A stretch of DNA of 64,000 nucleotides. Origin: Desulfobulbus sp. (GTDB taxonomy: Bacteria > Desulfobacterota > Desulfobulbia > Desulfobulbales > Desulfobulbaceae). This document shows, one piece after another, positions 8,177 to 15,666 of the stretch. The stretch is from positions 9,692 to 73,691 of the forward strand of contig QZJD01000054.1 in the NCBI GenBank assembly GCA_003604995.1. The letters are read 5' to 3'. The translations under genes were made by a program, and so were the position numbers. The notes under the pieces are model-generated. The model was given only the letters and a program-made list of their open reading frames with translations, searched no databases and had not been told where the DNA came from. Numbering within the stretch: the first letter of the stretch is position 1; each line of letters opens with the position of its first letter.

Positions 8177-9088
8177 TTATTCATGCCCCTTGCCCGCCAT
8201 CATCGGATAGATGTGCAGCAGGCCGGGGAACAGGGCCTGCAAACTTTCCAGTGCCCCTTTTGAACTGCCGGGCAGGTTGACGATCAGGCATCGGCCGCGT
8301 ACCCCGGCTTCCCCCCGGGAGAGCATGGCGTAAGGGGTCCGGTCCTTGCCGTGCCGGCGGGTCGCTTCGACGATGCCGGGAACCGTCCGCTCCAAAACGG
8401 TAAGCGTCGCCTCCGGGGTCACGTCGCGGGGTCCGAGTCCGGTGCCGCCGGTGGTGAAGACCAGCTGGCAGCCCTCCTCGTCCGCCAGTTTTTTCAGGCG
8501 GGCGGCGATGGTATCCCGGTCGTCCGGCAGCACCTCGTACCAGTCCACCGATACCGGAAAATCCGCGAGAAATTCCTTGATGAGCAGGCCGGCCTTGTCC
8601 TTGCGGGTGCCGGCATGGGTGGAGTCGGACATCACCAGGACCGCGGTCCTGATCGGGTCGGCTGCACGGTCGCTGAAACTGGTCTTGCCGCCCTTTTTCT
8701 TGACCACTCGCACCCCGCCGAAGGAGAGTTCCTGGTCCAGGGGCTTGAGCATGTCGTAGGCGTTGAGCAGGGCGCCGGTGACCGCAGTGACCGCTTCCAC
8801 CTCCACGCCGGTTTTCCAGACCGAGCGGACCTCGGCGCTCACCCGGATTCCGTCGGCGTGCGGTTCAAGACGAACCTCGACCCAGTCCAGGGGGATGGGG
8901 TGGCAGAAGACGATCAGGTCGCTGCAGCGCTTGGCCGCGGCAATTCCCGCGGCTCTCGCCACTTCGGCCACGTCGCCCTTGGGTACGGTTTTCGCAAAGA
9001 CCCGCGCCAGCACCTCCGGCTTTCCGTAAAGAAACCCTTCGGCCAGGGCGTAGCGCAACGTATGGAATTTGGGACTGACATCGATCAT
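8177..9088 (-). CDS. moaC: bifunctional MoaC (cyclic pyranopterin monophosphate synthase) / MoaB-Mog-type domain fusion
   Basis: N-terminal half carries MoaC blocks (KGDV..AGI.AAKR..LI.FCHP, KTGVEVEAVTAV..ALLNAYDMLK). C-terminal half carries MoaB/Mog blocks (VLVMSDS..TTGGTGLGPRDVTPEAT..NLPGSSKGA). Confidence 0.85.
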   Translation of the reverse strand: MIDVSPKFHTLRYALAEGFLYGKPEVLARVFAKTVPKGDVAEVARAAGIAAAKRCSDLIVFCHPIPLDWVEVRLEPHADGIRVSAEVRSVWKTGVEVEAVTAVTGALLNAYDMLKPLDQELSFGGVRVVKKKGGKTSFSDRAADPIRTAVLVMSDSTHAGTRKDKAGLLIKEFLADFPVSVDWYEVLPDDRDTIAARLKKLADEEGCQLVFTTGGTGLGPRDVTPEATLTVLERTVPGIVEATRRHGKDRTPYAMLSRGEAGVRGRCLIVNLPGSSKGALESLQALFPGLLHIYPMMAGKGHE

Positions 9089-9141
9089 GAAGCAACTCCT
9101 CGTTGGTGTTGGTCATCATTTGACCGGCACGGCCACGGTTG

Positions 9142-10266
9142 TCAATGGCACGCCGACCGGTCGTGGCGAATAGTATTCTCCGGCCTGAACACAATGATGT
9201 CCTCCGCCCGCAGGCAGGTCGTGACCTCCTGCCCCGGGGCGATGGCGTATCCGCGGACGGCATGATCGGACAGCCGCATGCGGAGGCGCGATGCAGGGTC
9301 CGCATGCGGGCGCAGCAGGGCGATGGCCTCGCTCCCCAGGCCGATCAATTCTTCCACGGTCGCGGGGATCCGGTTGGCCGACTCCCCATCCATCTCCTTG
9401 TCCGGGCGCAGCAGCAGGACATTGTGCGGCAGAACGGCGAATTTTACCTTGCCGCCGGCCGCGACCGTCGGCGGGGCATGAACCTGCAGGAGGTGCGAGC
9501 CCCAGCGCAGGCACGACCGTTCTCCGCTCGGCGCCGATTCGATCCGCGCTTCAAAGATATTGTCGATATCCAGCAGGCGGGCGGCTTCTTCGTTTGCGGG
9601 ACGGGTCAGGACCTTGTCCATGGACCCGTCCTGCACGCAGCGGCCATGGTGGAGCAGGATCAGATGCGCGGCCAGTTGCGCGGCCTCGTCCAGATCGTGG
9701 GTGACCAGAAGCACCGTCATGTTGAGCTGGGCATGGATCCTGCGCAATTCCACATAGAGGCGTTTTCTGGTGCTGCGGTCCACCGCGGAAAACGGTTCGT
9801 CCAGGAGCAGTACCTGCGGCCGGCGGGCCAGCGCCCTCGCCAGGGCCACCCGCTGTTTCTGGCCGCCGGAGAGCTGATGCGGGTAGCGGCCTTCGAGGCC
9901 GTCGATATGGGTGAGCCTCAGAAAGTGCAGGGCCTGGGCCGTGCGTTCCGGGCGCGGCAGGTGGGTCAGGGCCGTTTCGACATTGCCCAGCACGGTCTGA
10001 TGTGGGAAAAGGGCGTACTGCTGGGTGGTGTGGCCGATGGGCCGCCGATGGGTAGGCAGGTGGAAGGGGCGTCCGCTGTCGGCCCACACTGTTCCCGCGA
10101 AGGAGATTCGTTCGCTGCACGGACGGAGCAGGCCGGCGATGGCTCGCAGAATGGAAGTTTTGCCGCTGCCGGAAGGGCCGACCAGGGCAGTGATGACCCC
10201 TTGGGGGATCTCTACCCTTATGTCCAGCACCGGGGCGTCATGGCGCAGTTCCAGATGGAGGCTCAT
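9142..10266 (-). CDS. modC: molybdate ABC transporter ATP-binding protein with C-terminal TOBE/Mop domain
   Basis: Walker A GPSGSGKTS, signature [15 protein letters not shown], Walker B LLLDEPFSAVD, and a ~130-aa C-terminal extension. Adjacent to modB and modA. Confidence 0.85.
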   Translation of the reverse strand: MSLHLELRHDAPVLDIRVEIPQGVITALVGPSGSGKTSILRAIAGLLRPCSERISFAGTVWADSGRPFHLPTHRRPIGHTTQQYALFPHQTVLGNVETALTHLPRPERTAQALHFLRLTHIDGLEGRYPHQLSGGQKQRVALARALARRPQVLLLDEPFSAVDRSTRKRLYVELRRIHAQLNMTVLLVTHDLDEAAQLAAHLILLHHGRCVQDGSMDKVLTRPANEEAARLLDIDNIFEARIESAPSGERSCLRWGSHLLQVHAPPTVAAGGKVKFAVLPHNVLLLRPDKEMDGESANRIPATVEELIGLGSEAIALLRPHADPASRLRMRLSDHAVRGYAIAPGQEVTTCLRAEDIIVFRPENTIRHDRSACH

Positions 10267-10940
10267 GGCAGGGAGTTCCTCCGCATCAGGCGACCGACCA
10301 GGCCATGGCTGATCACGATGGTAAGCAGCGAAACCAGCACCAGGAGCAGGGCCATTCTGCCGGCGCCTTGCAGATCAAAGGCCTGCACGCTGTCGTAGAT
10401 GGAGATCGCTACGGTTTTGGTCGCGCCCGGGATATTGCCCCCGACCATCAATACCACGCCGAACTCTCCCAGAGTGTGGGCAAAGGTCATCACGGCGGCG
10501 GAGAGAAGACCGGGCCAGGCCAGGGGGAGTTCGATGCGCCAGAAGGTCTGCCAGAAGGTCAGTCCGCAGCACTGGCCGGCCTCGCGAATTTCCGGGGCGA
10601 TCGCCTCAAAGGCCCGTTGCACGGGTTGCACGGCAAAGGGGATATTGAAGATGAGCGAGGCGGCCACCAAGCCGGAAAAGCTGAAGGCCAGCGTACTTCC
10701 TGAAAGAGCGTGGTAGGTCCTGCCCAGCAGGGTCTGATTGCCCATTACCACCAGCAGGTAATAGCCGATCACCGTGGGCGGCAGCACCAGCGGAAGGGCC
10801 AGGAGCCCTTCGATCCAGGGCTTGCCGGGCCAGGTGGTCGCCGCCAGCCAGCGGGCGGTGAGCACGGCCGGCGGAAGCAGAATAACCAGGGTGGCCAGAG
10901 CCAACTTGACGGAAAGGAAAACGGCCGTCCAGTCCATCAT
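10263..10940 (-). CDS. modB: molybdate ABC transporter permease
   Basis: ORF 10263..11252 trimmed to ATG 10940, which forms an ATGA overlap with the modA stop. Multi-TM protein with an EAA-type loop (EAGQCCGLTFWQTFWRIELPLA). Confidence 0.85.
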   Translation of the reverse strand: MMDWTAVFLSVKLALATLVILLPPAVLTARWLAATTWPGKPWIEGLLALPLVLPPTVIGYYLLVVMGNQTLLGRTYHALSGSTLAFSFSGLVAASLIFNIPFAVQPVQRAFEAIAPEIREAGQCCGLTFWQTFWRIELPLAWPGLLSAAVMTFAHTLGEFGVVLMVGGNIPGATKTVAISIYDSVQAFDLQGAGRMALLLVLVSLLTIVISHGLVGRLMRRNSLP

Positions 10941-11821
10941 CGCGAAGCGTCCTCCTCCGGCAGCACAAACCCGTATCGGCTGAAGACCTCGCGGGCGTGG
11001 GGCGCTTGCAGATACTGATAAAAGGCGCGGGCCGTTTCGCCGGCGGTATTGAGCAGCACCATCCGTTGCCGGAGGGGCTCGCCGGCGTGCCGGTCGGTCG
11101 GGATCAATGCGAAAATGCCGAGTTTTGCCACTTCCGGCGCCTTGGAAAGAGAGAGGGGGATAATCCCGCCCTGGCAGGAGCCGGAGGTCGCGAATTGAGT
11201 GGCCTGCGAGGCGTTCTCCCCGAGGACGAGCCGCGTCTCCATGGATGACCACAGACCCATGGCCTGGAGCGCCGCTCGCGCCGCCCGCCCGTACGGTGCG
11301 TGTTCCGGGTTGGCGATGGCAAAGCGTTTGATCCGCCCGTCCCCCACCGCGGCCTTCAGATCGGCCATGGCCTCATCCACCCGGAGGGGCGAGCCGTGCG
11401 GGGCAAAGAGCACGATGCGGCCGATGGCGTAGAGTGTCCCCTGATCCTGGGTAAGGTTTTTGGCCGCGAGCCTGAAGATGTACTGTTCGTCAGCGGAGAG
11501 GAAGATCTGGAACGGCGCGCCGTTTTCGATCTGGGTGGTGAAATTTCCCGAGGAGCCGAAGGAAAGCCGGATCTCCCGGCCGGTATCCCTGGTGAAGTGT
11601 TCGGCCAGTTCGGTGAGGGCGAATTTGAGATCGGCGGCGGCCGCGACGGGCGGGGCGTCGGCCGCAAGGCTGGAGCAGGGCGCCGCAAGAACGAGGGCGA
11701 GAAGCAGGACCGCCGCGGCCAGGGACTTGCCACGGAAAAAGGGCGAAAATCGGAGAGGAACGGCCTGCGGAACGCAGCGGCCGGAATGTTGAGGCCGCTT
11801 CATGGACGTGGGATGGCGCAT
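10937..11821 (-). CDS. modA: molybdate-binding periplasmic protein
   Basis: ORF trimmed to ATG 11821, just after the moaA stop (alternative ATG 11803). Signal peptide, and blocks SFGSSGNFTTQIENGAPFQIFLSAD typical of ModA. Confidence 0.8.
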   Translation of the reverse strand: MRHPTSMKRPQHSGRCVPQAVPLRFSPFFRGKSLAAAVLLLALVLAAPCSSLAADAPPVAAAADLKFALTELAEHFTRDTGREIRLSFGSSGNFTTQIENGAPFQIFLSADEQYIFRLAAKNLTQDQGTLYAIGRIVLFAPHGSPLRVDEAMADLKAAVGDGRIKRFAIANPEHAPYGRAARAALQAMGLWSSMETRLVLGENASQATQFATSGSCQGGIIPLSLSKAPEVAKLGIFALIPTDRHAGEPLRQRMVLLNTAGETARAFYQYLQAPHAREVFSRYGFVLPEEDASR

Positions 11822-11823
11822 GG

Positions 11824-12855
11824 TCAGCCCCCGATCTTGGCCATGGACGGCTCGGCGGTACGGCTGGCGGAGCGCTCGGCCTCGTGACCGTTGGCGAACC
11901 GGTGGCGCGCGCAATTGAGCACCGCCTCACTGATCTCCCGGTCTGAAGTGCCGCCGCGCAGAAGTTTTTTCAGATCCAGGGTGCCGTTGTCGTACAAACA
12001 GGTCTTGAGGATTCCGGCTGGCGTGATCCGCAGTTTGTTGCAGGTGGCGCAGAACAGCCGGGAATATCCCTGAATGATTCCCAGGGAGCCCGCATAGCCG
12101 GGCAGGGCGAAGAGGCGGGCGGTGGTCGGCTGGTCGGTGGCGCACTCGGTCAGCTCGGGGAATATCCTGAGCAAACGGGCGGCAAGATCACTTTTTTCAA
12201 GGGTTGCGGCGTGGTCACGGCCGGAAAAGGGCATCCGTTCGATAAAGCGCAGGGAAATCGGATGCTGCTTGGCCAGGGCGGCTAGCCCTCGGATTTCCTG
12301 GTCGGTGGTGTCGTCGAGGACGACGCTGTTGATCTTGAGGGGAAGCGCCCGCGCGATGATCCCGTCCAGGGCCTCCAGGACGGAGTCCAGGTAGTTTCGC
12401 CGACTGATCGACTTGAACCGCTCGGGATCCAGGGTGTCGAGACTCAGGTTGATGCCGTCGATGGCGATTTCGGCCAGCTCGTCAAGGAACTGGGCGGTCT
12501 TGACGCCGTTGGTGGTGATGTGCAGCCGCTCCACGCCCGGTATCCGCCGCAGCCGTTCAAGAAACGGCATGCAGCCGCGCCGGGAAAAGGGCTCGCCGCC
12601 GGTGACCCGGATCTTGCTGATCCCCAGGCCGGCGAAAATGGTCACCAGCCGCTCCAGTTCCTCAAAAGAGAGGATTTCATCATGATGGATGAAGGGTACG
12701 CCCTGTTCGGGCCGGCAGTAGCGGCAACGCAGGTTGCAGCGGTCGGTGATCGAGAGGCGCAGATAGGTGATCCGGCGGCCGTGATTGTCAACGAGGCTTG
12801 TACGATGATGAACGGGCTGCGGGGACAGGGATTCCCCGCCGGCGATGCGTGTCAT
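11824..12855 (-). CDS. moaA: GTP 3',8-cyclase MoaA (radical SAM)
   Basis: CNLRCRYC radical-SAM motif and a C-terminal CATCNKLR cluster. The listed ORF start (12870) is a TTG inside the Shine-Dalgarno, and ATG 12855 is preceded by GGAAAGGAG. Confidence 0.9.
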   Translation of the reverse strand: MTRIAGGESLSPQPVHHRTSLVDNHGRRITYLRLSITDRCNLRCRYCRPEQGVPFIHHDEILSFEELERLVTIFAGLGISKIRVTGGEPFSRRGCMPFLERLRRIPGVERLHITTNGVKTAQFLDELAEIAIDGINLSLDTLDPERFKSISRRNYLDSVLEALDGIIARALPLKINSVVLDDTTDQEIRGLAALAKQHPISLRFIERMPFSGRDHAATLEKSDLAARLLRIFPELTECATDQPTTARLFALPGYAGSLGIIQGYSRLFCATCNKLRITPAGILKTCLYDNGTLDLKKLLRGGTSDREISEAVLNCARHRFANGHEAERSASRTAEPSMAKIGG

Positions 12856-12857
12856 GG

Positions 12858-12958
12858 TTCTCCTTTCCAAGTACGGGAGGCTTGGCCGTTTCCAGCCAGA
12901 CCCTGGCGGCCGGGGACCCTATCAGCGACGTAGGCCCTTTGGCTCGGAGGATATATTG
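12858..12958 (-). ncRNA. Moco (molybdenum cofactor) riboswitch-like leader
   Basis: Minus-strand RNA: AUCCUCCGAGCCAAAGGGCCUACGUCGCUGAUAGGGUCCCCGGCCGCCAGGGUCUGGCUGGAAACGGCCAAGCCUCCCGUACUUGGAAAGGAG. Elements CCUCCGAGCC, GGAAAC, GCCUCCC and a terminal AAAGGAG that includes the Shine-Dalgarno match my recollection of the Moco motif. Nested stems are visible (GGGCCUA/UAGGGUCCC, GGCCG..CGGCC, GCCAG/CUGGC). Sits directly upstream of moaA. Confidence 0.55.
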
Positions 12959-12966
12959 GTTATTCT

Positions 12967-13140
12967 TTATGAAATAATTTTTCGCTCCGCTTTGTCAAGC
13001 TCATTCAGCCCCTTTTTAAAGGAAGCGATACCTTTTCCCAGACCTGCGCCCAGTTCCGGCAGTTTTTTTCCGCCGAAGACCAGGAAGGCGATCACGAAAA
13101 TGATGATGAGTTCCGGGGTGCCGAGTCCAAACAGACTGAT
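12967..13140 (-). CDS. tatA: twin-arginine translocase subunit TatA/E (57 aa or less, non-ATG start)
   Basis: Not in the ORF track because it is under 60 aa. Minus strand encodes (I S) L F G L G T P E L I I I F V I A F L V F G G K K L P E L G A G L G K G I A S F K K G L N E L D K A E R K I I S. AAGGAGG lies immediately upstream. The likely start is CTG 13134 (giving MFGLGTPELIII) or ATC 13140. Confidence 0.7.
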   Translation of the reverse strand: MSLFGLGTPELIIIFVIAFLVFGGKKLPELGAGLGKGIASFKKGLNELDKAERKIIS

Positions 13141-13146
13141 CCTCCT

Positions 13147-14142
13147 TCAGGCGATGATTCCGATCGGGGTGGGGCGATCAGCAGCCCCCCTCCGCAGGGT
13201 TAACGCATTTTTGTTGCAAAAGGCCGTGCAGAGACCGCAGCCGCTGCATTTTGCGCTGGTGAAGGAGAGCTGTTGTTCTCCTTTGTCGTTACGCACCCGT
13301 TTCAATGCGCCCGTCGGGCACATGCCGGTGCAGCGAGGACACAGATTGCAATCGCCGCTGGCGGTCAGAGTATGAAAATACGCATGGAGCAGCGACCTGG
13401 CCGCATCGTCGTCCGGCGGCAGCATGGTCAGCGCCTCCCGCAGCAGAAGGGGGATCGCGGTGGCGTCCTTGTCGAGGGGCATCCCATTCGTTAACCCGCC
13501 TTCAAGCGGGCCGACCGGCCCGGAAAATTCCGTCAGATGGTCTTTGACCATTCCGAAAAAGGAGCGCCGTCCCTGCCGGTACGAAATCGGTCCGCTCTCC
13601 GCCTCCGTGAGATAGCGCAGGCGCAGCTCGGCTTTGCGGTCGTTTTTGCGAAGAATTCCCGACATCCTTGTCTGGAGCAGCCCGAGGGTATGCCCGTTGT
13701 CGCAGTCGGCACATCCGCGGATGTCCAGATAGAACAGGCTGCCGGCGACAACATTCATGGCCGCCAGCACCGGTTCGGAAAAGTAGCCGATGCAGGGGAC
13801 AATGAAACGGTTGGGCGCGGCAGAGGGGGTCCTGCCGCAGGACAGGACAACCGGTTGCCCGCCCCTGTTTTCGTGCAGCACACGCAGGAGAAGCGCCACG
13901 GCAAAGGGGGCGATCAGGGCATCGTTGGGGCAGACCGAAATACAGACCATGCATTCCGTGCAGCGATCAGCATGGAAGGCTATTTTACCGCCGTCGAGGG
14001 TCAGGGCCTTGTTCGGGCAGGAGTACAGACACCGCGAACAGGGCGCGTTCCCCAGCCGGGGACGCAGGCAGCGGCCGGCGTTCAGGGAGACGGCCGGCAG
14101 CAGTTGTTTTTCCAGGGTATTAAACAGCAGCCCCGCAAGCAT
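13147..14142 (-). CDS. poly-ferredoxin-like protein with four Cys-cluster motifs
   Basis: Cluster motifs: CSRCLYSCP, CTECMVCISVCP, CNLCPRCTGMCP and CSGCGLCTAFC. The two ferredoxin-like ends are separated by a ~190-aa middle region. No signal peptide. Start set at ATG 14142 (GAGGA upstream); ATG 14169 is the alternative. Confidence 0.75.
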   Translation of the reverse strand: MLAGLLFNTLEKQLLPAVSLNAGRCLRPRLGNAPCSRCLYSCPNKALTLDGGKIAFHADRCTECMVCISVCPNDALIAPFAVALLLRVLHENRGGQPVVLSCGRTPSAAPNRFIVPCIGYFSEPVLAAMNVVAGSLFYLDIRGCADCDNGHTLGLLQTRMSGILRKNDRKAELRLRYLTEAESGPISYRQGRRSFFGMVKDHLTEFSGPVGPLEGGLTNGMPLDKDATAIPLLLREALTMLPPDDDAARSLLHAYFHTLTASGDCNLCPRCTGMCPTGALKRVRNDKGEQQLSFTSAKCSGCGLCTAFCNKNALTLRRGAADRPTPIGIIA

Positions 14143-14794
14143 GGGGATCCTCGGTCTTGCTCGTTGCATCGGTCATCCGATGCCGGTGGGCCAGCGGCGC
14201 GATGAATTTTTCCAGGCAGTCTGCCAGAGAACTGTAAAATCCGCCGGCCGTGCCGTTTCGGATGGCGTTGCAAAATTGCGGAACCCACGGGGCAAGATAA
14301 TTGAGCAGGAAGTGCGCCTGGGTCGCGGCATAGGCGACGGCTTCGTCCCGGTCACCCTTTGCCGCTGCTTCGGCCTCCCCCATGTACAGAAAATGCATGA
14401 ATTCGAGTTCCAGGGCGATATGGTCCGGTGCCTCCGCCACATCCGGAGCCAGACCCGCGGCCCGGTACAATTTCCGGACGGCCATGGTGGAGTCGCCCAT
14501 GAGCATTCGCTTGCCTTCAAGATAAACAGATCCGTAGGGAGGTGCGGCGAGCTCAAAAGGACCGATGAACAGGCCGGCATGCTCAACCAGCAACGTTTCT
14601 TCGTCCGTCGCGAGGAGATGGGAGCGCATGGTCAAGGCGGCCCGGGCGGCGCCGGGGTTCCTGTTTTCGGTCAGCAGGTCGGCCAGATTATCACAGAGCC
14701 GTTCCTGAATAAACAGGTCCTTTTCCGGCTCATAAAAGCAGGCGGCCAGAAGCTTGCAGCAGTCACCTTGGCGTATAATCGTATCCGTGGGCAT
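14120..14794 (-). CDS. TorD/DmsD-family redox-enzyme maturation chaperone
   Basis: LLAACFYEPEKDLF.., EHAGLFIGPFELAAPPYGSVYLE, and PDHIALELEFM typical of TorD-like REMPs. Lies next to the Tat-exported Mo enzyme. Confidence 0.8.
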   Translation of the reverse strand: MPTDTIIRQGDCCKLLAACFYEPEKDLFIQERLCDNLADLLTENRNPGAARAALTMRSHLLATDEETLLVEHAGLFIGPFELAAPPYGSVYLEGKRMLMGDSTMAVRKLYRAAGLAPDVAEAPDHIALELEFMHFLYMGEAEAAAKGDRDEAVAYAATQAHFLLNYLAPWVPQFCNAIRNGTAGGFYSSLADCLEKFIAPLAHRHRMTDATSKTEDPHACGAAV

Positions 14795-14825
14795 GGTATC
14801 GTTTCATTTTGAGCGAGAAAGGAGT

Positions 14826-14854
14826 GAGGGGGCCGCCTTCATGGCCGCCCCCTC
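14826..14854. other. intercistronic GC-rich hairpin between the FeS-subunit gene and the chaperone gene
   Basis: gagggggccgcc-ttcat-ggccgccccctc. 11 of 12 bp paired. Confidence 0.4.
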
Positions 14855-14879
14855 GCTTCAACCGGGAGACCATGCCCGT

Positions 14880-15653
14880 TTATTTCCGGACGCTGTATTC
14901 CCGAATGTAAAAGACGTTAGGCTCGGTCCCGGCCTCCGGCTTGAGCACGGAGGGCTTGTGCTTGGCGAGCAGTTTGGCCACCTCGCTGTTCGGGTCGCTT
15001 CGATCGCCGAAAATGCGGGCGCCGGCCGGGCAGGATACCACGCAGTACGGGAGTTCGCCCTTGACCACCCGGTGCGCGCAGAAGATGCATTTTTCGACGA
15101 TATTGGCCCGTCGTACATCCTCGTAGTCCGGGTGATTGTACCGGGTGCGGTGCGGCGGGTCGGCACCCGCCCTGGCCGCTATTTCCGCGCCGGAGGTGGT
15201 GCCGTCCTTGATCAGTTCCGTTTTGTCGGCATAGAAGGTTTCATACGGCTCGCCCTCGGCATTGTAGCTGATGACGCTGTATTCGCCATAGGCGCCGTCC
15301 CGCTTCACTTCCTCCATGCTGTAGGGGCAGGCTTCCTGGCAGGCGCGGCAGCCGATACAGCGTTCGTCGTTGTGCATGGTGATGCCGTCCGGCGTCTTGT
15401 ACATGGCCTTGGGCTCCACCGGGCAGGCCTCGACGCAGGGCGCGTTCGAGCAGTGGTTGCACAGGACGGGCCGTGTTCGGTAGCCGGTATTGGGAAATTT
15501 GCCGGTGGTTTCGTGAAGAAAGTCCGCCCAGTTATGGGTCTGGCCGTTGCGCCGCAGGGCCGTGTTGTTCTCCGTTTTGCAGGCCAGGGCGCAGGCCCCG
15601 CAGCCCACGCATTTCTGGAGATCTATTACCATCGCGTATTGCGTCATTGTCAT
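14880..15653 (-). CDS. 4Fe-4S electron-transfer subunit of the molybdopterin oxidoreductase (ArrB/PsrB/DmsB type)
   Basis: MVIDLQKCVGCGACALACKTENN, CNHCSNAPCVEACP, CIGCRACQEACP, CIFCAHR...CVVSCP. C-terminal LKPEAGTEPNVFYIR. Confidence 0.9.
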   Translation of the reverse strand: MTMTQYAMVIDLQKCVGCGACALACKTENNTALRRNGQTHNWADFLHETTGKFPNTGYRTRPVLCNHCSNAPCVEACPVEPKAMYKTPDGITMHNDERCIGCRACQEACPYSMEEVKRDGAYGEYSVISYNAEGEPYETFYADKTELIKDGTTSGAEIAARAGADPPHRTRYNHPDYEDVRRANIVEKCIFCAHRVVKGELPYCVVSCPAGARIFGDRSDPNSEVAKLLAKHKPSVLKPEAGTEPNVFYIREYSVRK

Positions 15654-15666
15654 ATCCTCCTCTTGT

